In this document: positions 10,059 through 21,595 of the stretch, piece by piece | Layout: every line of letters starts with the position of its first letter | Numbering within the stretch: the stretch's first letter is position 1 | Origin: an uncultured Phycisphaerales bacterium | Lineage (GTDB): Bacteria; Planctomycetota; Phycisphaerae; Sedimentisphaerales; Anaerobacaceae | Direction of reading: 5' to 3' | Length of the DNA: 64,000 nt | Assembly: GCA_963772725.1 (NCBI GenBank) | Contig: CAVYYI010000002.1 | Span: forward strand, 96,001 to 160,000 | Translations under genes and position numbers: made by a program | Notes under the pieces: generated by a model | Databases searched by the model: none | What the model saw: the letters and a program-made list of their open reading frames with translations, nothing else | Told to the model about the DNA's origin: nothing

Positions 10059-13000
10059 GTTTCAATCCACGCTCCCGTGAAGGGAGCGACCGCCGCGAAC
10101 AAAACCACTCCGCCGACACAGGATAAGTTTCAATCCACGCTCCCGTGAAGGGAGCGACGAAGGCCAATAGAGGTACTCTTATCGCCCAGGCTGTTTCAAT
10201 CCACGCTCCCGTGAAGGGAGCGACGGGAATATCAGTACCCGCGTGAAGCACATGAAAATGTTTCAATCCACGCTCCCGTGAAGGGAGCGACATGGAAGCA
10301 ATAGAGGCTGTTTTAAAACACGTGTTTCAATCCACGCTCCCGTGAAGGGAGCGACTTTGATAATCGCGGCCTTTATGTCATTGATAACGATGTTTCAATC
10401 CACGCTCCCGTGAAGGGAGCGACATTCTTATGGGAATGTTGCCTACTTTTATATTATAGTTTCAATCCACGCTCCCGTGAAGGGAGCGACTAAAGAATTA
10501 CATCAACCTCACTTAAATCATAATGTTTCAATCCACGCTCCCGTGAAGGGAGCGACGGGTTGGCAGGCGAAGGAGATGTCAGATACTATGCGTTTCAATC
10601 CACGCTCCCGTGAAGGGAGCGACCCAGGACGAGACTCTTCAATACTCAAGCTGATGTTTCAATCCACGCTCCCGTGAAGGGAGCGACCCAGGACGAGACT
10701 CTTCAATACTCAAGCTGATGTTTCAATCCACGCTCCCGTGAAGGGAGCGACAGATTGATGTTGTTGTAATATTTTGTAATAAAAAGTTTCAATCCACGCT
10801 CCCGTGAAGGGAGCGACCACGCTTACGCCTGGAACGCTATAAGCTACGACTTGTTTCAATCCACGCTCCCGTGAAGGGAGCGACAGCAGGGTATCTTTGA
10901 GGAATGGGTCTGTTGTATTGTTTCAATCCACGCTCCCGTGAAGGGAGCGACGCGGTTGCTGGAGGCTTGCAAAAAGGCTTATCAAAGTTTCAATCCACGC
11001 TCCCGTGAAGGGAGCGACAGCAGGGTATCTTTGAGGAATGGGTCTGTTGTATTGTTTCAATCCACGCTCCCGTGAAGGGAGCGACGCGGTTGCTGGAGGC
11101 TTGCAAAAAGGCTTATCAAAGTTTCAATCCACGCTCCCGTGAAGGGAGCGACAGCATTCCTTGCACGTCACTTTTCTTATATCGGTTGTTTCAATCCACG
11201 CTCCCGTGAAGGGAGCGACGGGCTTATTTGGCGCGATGAGCATAGGGAATTATCGTTTCAATCCACGCTCCCGTGAAGGGAGCGACAGATTGATGTTGTT
11301 GTAATATTTTGTAATAAAAAGTTTCAATCCACGCTCCCGTGAAGGGAGCGACCACGCTTACGCCTGGAACGCTATAAGCTACGACTTGTTTCAATCCACG
11401 CTCCCGTGAAGGGAGCGACAGCAGGGTATCTTTGAGGAATGGGTCTGTTGTATTGTTTCAATCCACGCTCCCGTGAAGGGAGCGACGCGGTTGCTGGAGG
11501 CTTGCAAAAAGGCTTATCAAAGTTTCAATCCACGCTCCCGTGAAGGGAGCGACGGGCTTATCTGGCGCGATGAGCATAGGGAATTATCGTTTCAATCCAC
11601 GCTCCCGTGAAGGGAGCGACCCGGCCGTGTGCCTGTCAAATAGGGTATCCAAGGTTTCAATCCACGCTCCCGTGAAGGGAGCGACGGCAAAACAATCTTC
11701 AATAAAAAGGAAAATAAAATGTTTCAATCCACGCTCCCGTGAAGGGAGCGACCTTTTCTTGTTAGGCTGTTGATTATAGAATCTGAGTTTCAATCCACGC
11801 TCCCGTGAAGGGAGCGACGTTAAAGTTTCTTCCCATCGGTCTCCACATTTAAGTTTCAATCCACGCTCCCGTGAAGGGAGCGACCAGTTTAGGTCTGGAA
11901 ATGGCTGGCCTTAATGTTGTTTCAATCCACGCTCCCGTGAAGGGAGCGACCCTTTACTGCGAAATATCGAGCAAAAGCAGAATTGTTTCAATCCACGCTC
12001 CCGTGAAGGGAGCGACGATTCTGTTCACTCTTTGAAATCCATTTACAATTTGTTTCAATCCACGCTCCCGTGAAGGGAGCGACTCCGCCAGACGCACCGA
12101 CAGGTCTTGATGCAAGTGTTTCAATCCACGCTCCCGTGAAGGGAGCGACCTGTATTTCGCAACGTTAATTGTGCTATTTTTATAGTTTCAATCCACGCTC
12201 CCGTGAAGGGAGCGACATGGGCCTCAGGCCAGTTCAGCTCAACCGTATCAGCGTTTCAATCCACGCTCCCGTGAAGGGAGCGACAGATGCAAGCGGTAGC
12301 GGAAAAAATTGGTTCGGTGTTTCAATCCACGCTCCCGTGAAGGGAGCGACTCTATCATTTTTAACACGCTCATCGATGAGCGTTAAGTTTCAATCCACGC
12401 TCCCGTGAAGGGAGCGACGCTGCGGGAAAATCCATCAAGGGTGTCTTTACTGAGTTTCAATCCACGCTCCCGTGAAGGGAGCGACCCGTCGCCAAGAAAA
12501 TAGCCACGCTTATTACGCAGTTTCAATCCACGCTCCCGTGAAGGGAGCGACGGCTTAATAGGATGTGCATGCCTACCCAGTATGTTTCAATCCACGCTCC
12601 CGTGAAGGGAGCGACAACACACGAGCGATTAATAAAATCACAGGCAGCCGAGTTTCAATCCACGCTCCCGTGAAGGGAGCGACACCCGAACCAAGGCCGC
12701 TGGTTATTTCTGAGCCATTGTTTCAATCCACGCTCCCGTGAAGGGAGCGACGGCGTATTATTAATCATCCGTTAGCACAACATCCTGTTTCAATCCACGC
12801 TCCCGTGAAGGGAGCGACACGCGGCTTTATCGCGGCGTAGTCGAGTGGAACAGTTTCAATCCACGCTCCCGTGAAGGGAGCGACAGAATAGCCAGCGGGG
12901 TAAATCCATTGAATTATTGTTTCAATCCACGCTCCCGTGAAGGGAGCGACAGCATCGGTGGAACCTGAATAATTTTACAATCAGTGTTTCAATCCACGCT

Positions 13001-16000
13001 CCCGTGAAGGGAGCGACCTCCAGCTGCATCTTCTTGATCTCTTCGAAGACAGTTTCAATCCACGCTCCCGTGAAGGGAGCGACATAACGCGAGGTCTAAC
13101 CGCTTTAGCCCATTTCAAGTTTCAATCCACGCTCCCGTGAAGGGAGCGACATAAACTGAGTACGTCAAAACAACACAGGGTTTGTTTCAATCCACGCTCC
13201 CGTGAAGGGAGCGACGTCTGATTTCAGGCCATTAATCAGTTCGAGTTTTTGTTTCAATCCACGCTCCCGTGAAGGGAGCGACTTCGCCCTTCTCGCTTTC
13301 GGCTTCCTTATAATCGTTTCAATCCACGCTCCCGTGAAGGGAGCGACGTTGAACGCCCTCGTTACATACCCATACAAATCTGTTTCAATCCACGCTCCCG
13401 TGAAGGGAGCGACCATTTTCGCCTCGCTTCCTTTCTCAATTCTGCTTGTTTCAATCCACGCTCCCGTGAAGGGAGCGACGTAAATCAAACGTTAAGCACA
13501 AGTGCCTTTATTGTTTCAATCCACGCTCCCGTGAAGGGAGCGACGAGAAACTGAATCTTTCCTTCTCGAATAAAACTATGTTTCAATCCACGCTCCCGTG
13601 AAGGGAGCGACCGTGGTGAGTTAAATGGATTATTACCTTAAATTATGTTTCAATCCACGCTCCCGTGAAGGGAGCGACACTGGCTGTAAAAAAATATTCA
13701 CCTGTTTTTGGGTTTCAATCCACGCTCCCGTGAAGGGAGCGACGTAAACGCATGGGTGGGATCCTTTAGTGTTCAAGTTTCAATCCACGCTCCCGTGAAG
13801 GGAGCGACAAGCTCACCTGGGATAACATCAGCCCCGATTTTGGTTTCAATCCACGCTCCCGTGAAGGGAGCGACGCCCTGACGACGGTAACCAATTCGTT
13901 TTCTTTCGTTTCAATCCACGCTCCCGTGAAGGGAGCGACAATTCTCCATAATTTCACAAACTCCATTGCCGTTGTTTCAATCCACGCTCCCGTGAAGGGA
14001 GCGACCGTAAATTCGGCTCAGACTACTGCGTTCAATGTAGTTTCAATCCACGCTCCCGTGAAGGGAGCGACGGTTATAATTACACTTACCATTTCATCAC
14101 AGACCGTTTCAATCCACGCTCCCGTGAAGGGAGCGACCATCAGTGTAATCCGTGATTAAAAGATTTTTCTTGTTTCAATCCACGCTCCCGTGAAGGGAGC
14201 GACTAAGGGAATCGTCCTTTGTTTTCTGCCCTTACCGTTTCAATCCACGCTCCCGTGAAGGGAGCGACCAGATACCGGCAATCTTTGCGCACCAGTCTTT
14301 AACGTTTCAATCCACGCTCCCGTGAAGGGAGCGACATTATTCGCAGGTGCGTTATTCTCCTGCTTCACGGTTTCAATCCACGCTCCCGTGAAGGGAGCGA
14401 CAATAGGGGTCTTGACTTTTAAATCAATAGCTATTGTTTCAATCCACGCTCCCGTGAAGGGAGCGACCGCATCCACGTGGAGCAAAAGTTTGAACTGAAA
14501 ATGTTTCAATCCACGCTCCCGTGAAGGGAGCGACCCCGGGCCATGTGTCGGTTCAGGCCAAACAATTGTTTCAATCCACGCTCCCGTGAAGGGAGCGACT
14601 CATCGCTCCAGATGTCCGAGCCGCTGAATACCTGTTTCAATCCACGCTCCCGTGAAGGGAGCGACCTAATTCGCTGAATATCTCTTTGCTTGGTGAAATT
14701 GTTTCAATCCACGCTCCCGTGAAGGGAGCGACTAATCATCCGTTAGCACAACATCCTGACCTTCAAAGTTTCAATCCACGCTCCCGTGAAGGGAGCGACT
14801 CGCGTGAGCCGTGCGTCCCCTGCGTAATCCCTCGTTTCAATCCACGCTCCCGTGAAGGGAGCGACAAGAACGTAAAGCCTCATATAATAGAGTTTTACGT
14901 TTCAATCCACGCTCCCGTGAAGGGAGCGACCGCTCTTTGCGGTTCGTCATTTCTCAAACTAAGCGACGTTTCAATCCACGCTCCCGTGAAGGGAGCGACA
15001 TACCTGCCAGCTGCAATCATCCGTCGTTACGCACGTTTCAATCCACGCTCCCGTGAAGGGAGCGACCGGGCGGCATGAAATTGATTTTGACCAGGAAACT
15101 GTTTCAATCCACGCTCCCGTGAAGGGAGCGACACAGCGAACGGCAGACTTTTGGCGTTGGGCATGAAGGTTTCAATCCACGCTCCCGTGAAGGGAGCGAC
15201 CTTTGGGCATGGTATATAATACTCCTGCAGGTTTGTTTCAATCCACGCTCCCGTGAAGGGAGCGACGCGTCCAAGCGTCCGCTGAGCTATTCCACTATGA
15301 GCGTTTCAATCCACGCTCCCGTGAAGGGAGCGACAGACTGAACCTGGCTAAGGAAATTGGTCTGAGACTGTTTCAATCCACGCTCCCGTGAAGGGAGCGA
15401 CGGTGTAGTGACAACCTATACGCCCGGTGCCGATATTGTTTCAATCCACGCTCCCGTGAAGGGAGCGACCGTTCGCGGTAAAACTCGCAATTCACATCAC
15501 AGTTGTTTCAATCCACGCTCCCGTGAAGGGAGCGACCCTATTGTAGCGGACATGATACAGATTCAGTTATTGTTTCAATCCACGCTCCCGTGAAGGGAGC
15601 GACATGGCCCTGCTGTGGTCTTTATGCTCATGTGTAACGAGTTTCAATCCACGCTCCCGTGAAGGGAGCGACCGAGATGTTCGTGCCGTTTGGTACGCCG
15701 ACATAAATGTTTCAATCCACGCTCCCGTGAAGGGAGCGACTAACTCCACAAAGGCCGGGTGTTTTGACAATGCTGTTTCAATCCACGCTCCCGTGAAGGG
15801 AGCGACATCGAAAGCGATGTTTGGTTCTTTCGAGCGATATGTTTCAATCCACGCTCCCGTGAAGGGAGCGACCCACTTCAAATAATCTTGTTGCAGACCC
15901 AAACGATGTTTCAATCCACGCTCCCGTGAAGGGAGCGACATATGCCTGTAATATCAATATGTTTAGGGATTATGTTTCAATCCACGCTCCCGTGAAGGGA

Positions 16001-19000
16001 GCGACACAAATAATCGACTGTTCAGGAACGGCATTATGCGTTTCAATCCACGCTCCCGTGAAGGGAGCGACGATATTAACGGCGTATGCCGTGTTTGCGG
16101 CTGTACTGTTTCAATCCACGCTCCCGTGAAGGGAGCGACAAGGAGGGCAAGGCTGATGTATCGGCTTGATATTGTTTCAATCCACGCTCCCGTGAAGGGA
16201 GCGACGCGGCTATATGGTGTAAAGAGTCCACCACAGAGGTTTCAATCCACGCTCCCGTGAAGGGAGCGACAATTATTATCGATGTTGATGTAGCAAGCGA
16301 AATGTTTCAATCCACGCTCCCGTGAAGGGAGCGACTTACATCAAGGTCCTCAGCGTCCGTTAAAGCTATGTTTCAATCCACGCTCCCGTGAAGGGAGCGA
16401 CTGTCCTGGATTTGGATTTTAGTCTGTTAAAAGATGTTTCAATCCACGCTCCCGTGAAGGGAGCGACGCGAATCATCTCTGAAATCTGCGTTTGTTGTAT
16501 CGTTTCAATCCACGCTCCCGTGAAGGGAGCGACCTTTCCACCAGTAACGATTTCCATTGAGAAAATGTTTCAATCCACGCTCCCGTGAAGGGAGCGACCC
16601 ATTATCTGCTTACTACTTATGGCAGTAAATTTATCGTTTCAATCCACGCTCCCGTGAAGGGAGCGACCTCGATCGCTTGCGGCAGTTGTATCAAGGCTTA
16701 TGTTTCAATCCACGCTCCCGTGAAGGGAGCGACTTACGAGTTACGGTACAGGCAATAAACCCATTTTGTTTCAATCCACGCTCCCGTGAAGGGAGCGACT
16801 CGAAATCTTCGGTAGGCATGTTCCTATCAACAAAGTTTCAATCCACGCTCCCGTGAAGGGAGCGACATTCCGTTATCGCCTATTACAACAGCGTTAATTT
16901 GTTTCAATCCACGCTCCCGTGAAGGGAGCGACGATATTAACGGCGTATGCCGTGTTTGCGGATATACTGTTTCAATCCACGCTCCCGTGAAGGGAGCGAC
17001 GGCTTAGAGCAATTTGCGGAGGCAATTTAATTATGTTTCAATCCACGCTCCCGTGAAGGGAGCGACCGTCCAAAAACTTCTTTTTCATCTTTCTTTTTGT
17101 TTCAATCCACGCTCCCGTGAAGGGAGCGACATGTCCCAGTCTGGCCACAGCGGCTTAATGCCATTGTTTCAATCCACGCTCCCGTGAAGGGAGCGACCGT
17201 CATTGCCCGACGAATGCAGGCAGTCTCCATTGTTTCAATCCACGCTCCCGTGAAGGGAGCGACGTTGGAGTTTTGCACGATGCAGTAGCAAACAATGTTT
17301 CAATCCACGCTCCCGTGAAGGGAGCGACAAAGGAACAGATGTTCTTAATAGCTGAATATTGTGTTTCAATCCACGCTCCCGTGAAGGGAGCGACTCGTTG
17401 TCGTTGACATGACTTGTAATGTATCAGTGTTTCAATCCACGCTCCCGTGAAGGGAGCGACCTTTTAGCTTATTTGATATACTTCCAGTCATCGTGTTTCA
17501 ATCCACGCTCCCGTGAAGGGAGCGACTAGGTTACTTAGAAATCTCGGATGGTACTTAATGGTTTCAATCCACGCTCCCGTGAGGGAGCGACAGTTTCCGG
17601 CCGCCGCCCTGCTCGGCGTAACTGTTTCAATCCACGCTCCCGTGAAGGGAGCGACGGCGTTTGAACCAAAAACCGCAATATATTGTAGTGTTTCAATCCA
17701 CGCTCCCGTGAAGGGAGCGACGAATGAAAACCTGCAGCCGAAACATGCTGAATACGTTTCAATCCACGCTCCCGTGAAGGGAGCGACAGCAGGATTTGCA
17801 TAAATCTTTTGTGGTCGAAACTGTTTCAATCCACGCTCCCGTGAAGGGAGCGACACTGGCAGAAGTGTCGAGATTAAGACGCTCGAAAGTTTCAATCCAC
17901 GCTCCCGTGAAGGGAGCGACCCACCAACAACAGTTATCACGTCCGATGGTTGTGTTTCAATCCACGCTCCCGTGAAGGGAGCGACTGGCTTTGTCATTGC
18001 TAACAGTATGGGGGACGGCGTTTCAATCCACGCTCCCGTGAAGGGAGCGACAATTATTATCGATGTTGATGTAGCAAGCGAAATTGTTTCAATCCACGCT
18101 CCCGTGAAGGGAGCGACAACTGCTGGAAGCGTGCAAGAAGGCTTATCGAAGTTTCAATCCACGCTCCCGTGAAGGGAGCGACGGATTAGGTGCCTGTGGG
18201 ATGACAGGGTAAAACTGTTTCAATCCACGCTCCCGTGAAGGGAGCGACATTTACAGGATAAATGGTGGGGTGATTATAAAAGTTTCAATCCACGCTCCCG
18301 TGAAGGGAGCGACCCAAACAATAGGCTGACCATCACAGCGTGCAATGTTTCAATCCACGCTCCCGTGAAGGGAGCGACATTCTGCTCTCGGGGGCGGACT
18401 CGGTGCTATTCTTGTTTCAATCCACGCTCCCGTGAAGGGAGCGACAATCGCTAGCGAGGATAGAGCAACGCAGGGATGCGTTTCAATCCACGCTCCCGTG
18501 AAGGGAGCGACTTTAGGTGGGCAAACGGCGTGTCGCTTAATTATGTTTCAATCCACGCTCCCGTGAAGGGAGCGACCCTTTTGAGGACGAATAAAATGCC
18601 CGAAATACTAAGTTTCAATCCACGCTCCCGTGAAGGGAGCGACCTATAGCAAGTATTCCCACAGGCTGGCATCTATGTGTTTCAATCCACGCTCCCGTGA
18701 AGGGAGCGACCGCGAAAGAATAGCGGCGGTTACTGTTGACAAAGTTTCAATCCACGCTCCCGTGAAGGGAGCGACCCTGTGATTTTCCGCCGAAGTCCAG
18801 TATAGACTTGTTTCAATCCACGCTCCCGTGAAGGGAGCGACTATAGCAAGTATTCCCACAGGCTGGCATCTATGTGTTTCAATCCACGCTCCCGTGAAGG
18901 GAGCGACGCTTACGCCCGGAATGTAAGTTAACGCAATGGCGTTTCAATCCACGCTCCCGTGAAGGGAGCGACGGAGAAGATACCGCTGGTAGACGGTCTG

Positions 19001-19369
19001 TGGGCTGTTTCAATCCACGCTCCCGTGAAGGGAGCGACATACGCTTCACTTTCTTGCTATCCTGTTTTCGCGTTTCAATCCACGCTCCCGTGAAGGGAGC
19101 GACCGCTCTCGATAAAATTCGCAGTACACATCGCAGTTGTTTCAATCCACGCTCCCGTGAAGGGAGCGACGCTCGTCCGTGAGCTTTGCCACAGCCTCTT
19201 TGTCGTTTCAATCCACGCTCCCGTGAAGGGAGCGACCATCTCTGAATCGTAATCGCGACCGTTATCGATCTTGTTTCAATCCACGCTCCCGTGAAGGGAG
19301 CGACTCCGCCAGCCAGATTATCGCTCGTGTGGTTTTCGTTTCAATCCACGCTCCCGTGAAGGGAGCGAC
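10059..19369 (-). CRISPR. Type I-C CRISPR array, 141 repeats / 140 spacers (hand count)
   Basis: 32-bp repeat GTCGCTCCCTTCACGGGAGCGTGGATTGAAAC (minus strand) with an internal hairpin. Spacers about 32-37 bp. One repeat at 17561 lacks an A. Confidence 0.99.
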
Positions 19370-19555
19370 AGCATCATGGTAATCTTTTAGCAAATAAATA
19401 CTTATAAGTCAATATTTGCGAAAGATACAAGGTTTGCTACAAACTTCAAGAATTAAATGTTCCCGTTTTTCTCTAATTAACTTGTCAAAGAGCCTTTATG
19501 AAATATGCGAAACCTCCGGTAAATTTATGTGTACTTGGCGTTCGCATCCACTTTT
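19370..19555 (-). promoter_or_regulatory. CRISPR leader
   Basis: AT-rich non-coding stretch between the cas2 stop and the first repeat. Confidence 0.8.
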
Positions 19556-19846
19556 TTACATAATTAAAGGGCCCTGCGGGTCATAAGCCGGTTTAGCACC
19601 AAAATGCTCAACTCTTCGTTTCCAGTTACTTCCCAGAAAATAAAACCGCAGGCTGTCCTTTTCTTCGTTTACAATACCAATAAGTTCTTGGCGCAGCGCA
19701 GCCCATTGGGCAGGGTCAACGAGACATTCAAAGACAGAATTCTGGACTCGCTGTCCTTTATTTTCACAGGCTTTTGCGACATGCTTGAGCCGTTTTCTTG
19801 CCTCTGCCGTTTCCGTATTTACATCGTAAGCAACAAGTACCATCAT
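19556..19846 (-). CDS. cas2: CRISPR-associated Cas2
   Basis: LVAYDV, GQRVQNSVFEC, DSLRFY. Confidence 0.97.
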   Translation of the reverse strand: MMVLVAYDVNTETAEARKRLKHVAKACENKGQRVQNSVFECLVDPAQWAALRQELIGIVNEEKDSLRFYFLGSNWKRRVEHFGAKPAYDPQGPLIM

Positions 19847-19870
19847 AAATTCACCCCTATAGATGCAGTT

Positions 19871-20902
19871 TTATTTTGAAAAGAACGGCGGATAACCTTT
19901 TAAATCGCCTCTTAAATACCTTGCCAAAAGCAATGCCTGCACGTAAGGTAAAAGCCCAATCTGAACCTTTTCATTTAAGAATGGATGCGTTACCTCTTCC
20001 TGTTTTCTTTTCTGCCAGGCGATTAGAACAGTTTTCCTTGTATCATTATCCATCATGACTGCGCCGGATTCCGTTTTTTTGAAACCATCCGGTTTAATCT
20101 GCTGACGATTCACCAAAGATAAAGCCAATCTGTCTGCCAGATAAGGTCTGAATTCCTCCATCAAATCGAGGGCAAGACTGGGTCTGCCGGGTCTGTCTCT
20201 GTGAAGAAAACCGACAGCAGGGTCGAGGCCTACTGATTCGAGGGCAGATTCAATATCGTGGACGAGAATCGTGTAAAGAAAAGACAGTAGGGCGTTCATA
20301 TTATCAAGAGGCGGCCTTCTGTTTCTATCTCTGAGAAAGAAGTCATTTTTGTTAGCCGTGATTAAATGGTCGAACACATCGAAATAAACCTTTGCCCCTT
20401 CGCCTTCTTTGCCGCGGAGTATCTCCAGCGGCAGATTATGGTCCAATTCGTAGAGAAGATTTCCCAGCAGGCTCGATGCAAAAGTCAGTTGTTGATTGTT
20501 TTCGTTATCCGGCCTGTCTCTTGTAGCACGCAAAAGAACCGTTCGGCAGTTTGCAACTTTGGCGATGATGACTGACTTTGCAATTTCAGCAGAGCATTGC
20601 AAATCGTCGGCCTGCCGATATTGTTCACGTCTTAAAAGGACGTTGCCACGAACCGGGCCATAAACACGAGCGAGAAATCTGCCGTTTTCAGTTAGAAATG
20701 ATAAAGTAACATTTCTTTCTCCGCACAAGCCCATCAAAAATGGACTGCATGAGACCTGTCCGAAACAAACAATGCTGCCGAGGGTATGTATCGGAATGCG
20801 CAGCTTTTCTTCGCTTTCAACTTTAACAAGAACAGTATCGCCTTTTTGACATAAATAGCTTCCCTGCGTGGTAACAAATAATGTGTTAAGCAGTTGTTTC
20901 AT
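19871..20902 (-). CDS. cas1: Type I-C Cas1
   Basis: LLNTLFVTTQG, GNVLLRREQY, NALLSFLY, GFLHRDRPGRPSLALDLMEEFR. Confidence 0.97.
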   Translation of the reverse strand: MKQLLNTLFVTTQGSYLCQKGDTVLVKVESEEKLRIPIHTLGSIVCFGQVSCSPFLMGLCGERNVTLSFLTENGRFLARVYGPVRGNVLLRREQYRQADDLQCSAEIAKSVIIAKVANCRTVLLRATRDRPDNENNQQLTFASSLLGNLLYELDHNLPLEILRGKEGEGAKVYFDVFDHLITANKNDFFLRDRNRRPPLDNMNALLSFLYTILVHDIESALESVGLDPAVGFLHRDRPGRPSLALDLMEEFRPYLADRLALSLVNRQQIKPDGFKKTESGAVMMDNDTRKTVLIAWQKRKQEEVTHPFLNEKVQIGLLPYVQALLLARYLRGDLKGYPPFFSK

Positions 20903-21586
20903 TCTACCTCGTTAGATTCGGCCTCTTCTGGTTCTATGGTTTTGGCCTTAGAAAGATAATGCTCAATATCCTTTTCGATACCGGTTATTTCCGGCATACA
21001 GATTTCAAACAGCGAACAGCTTTTGCATTTTTTACCATACTCGGCTTTCGGTGTTATTTTGCTGTCAAGCAATTTGTGTAATTTTTGCGAGGCCTCTTTT
21101 GTCATAATACGTAAGGGTTGTGTAAATATAACATCCTGCCTTCTACGGCTTTTGCCATAATATATGGCTCCAGCTTCAATTGAGCAGTTAAGCATCTCTT
21201 CAAGACAAAATCGCCTGAGCACAAAGCTGAACCTCAAAGCTTGTATCGTGCTTTAATATCCCGCGTTTATATTCGACAGGGAAAACTTTCCAATAACCTT
21301 TTACGCCTTCAAGCGTTATTCCTTCATCGCTTTTGCGAAACTCAACGACATCAGCTACGCCCGACAGACCTAACCTGTAAGAGGCAAGCCGTAACGAACG
21401 AACTATCCGCAAATCCGCCCGCGATTCGCTGTCGGCACTATGCACATTGTCATGAATATTCCGCCCCTCAGCCGTAAAAATATTCTCCTGCCAGATGTGT
21501 TCAATATGAACCAAAGCGCATCGCCGTTCACAAAACATTAAATGCTGTAAGGCAGAAATCGCAAGCAAATTGTCTTCGGAATACAT
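20899..21586 (-). CDS. cas4: Cas4, split by one extra T in a homopolymer near 21208
   Basis: ISALQHLMFCERR, VEYKRG, QLCAQA | CLEEML, KCKSCSLFEICMP. Removing one T restores AQAICLEEM. Confidence 0.92.
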
Positions 21587-21595
21587 ACTATGCCT

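Noticed and set aside
9988..19211. Many ORFs with VAPFTGAWIET / SLPSRERGLK / VSIHAPVKGAT repeats
   Set aside because: These are translations of the CRISPR repeat, not genes.
10059..19369. Self-targeting spacers
   Set aside because: None noticed by eye, but an exhaustive search could not be done, so no claim is made.
20899..21586. Programmed frameshift or true loss of cas4
   Set aside because: A single homopolymer insertion that fits the window-wide error pattern.
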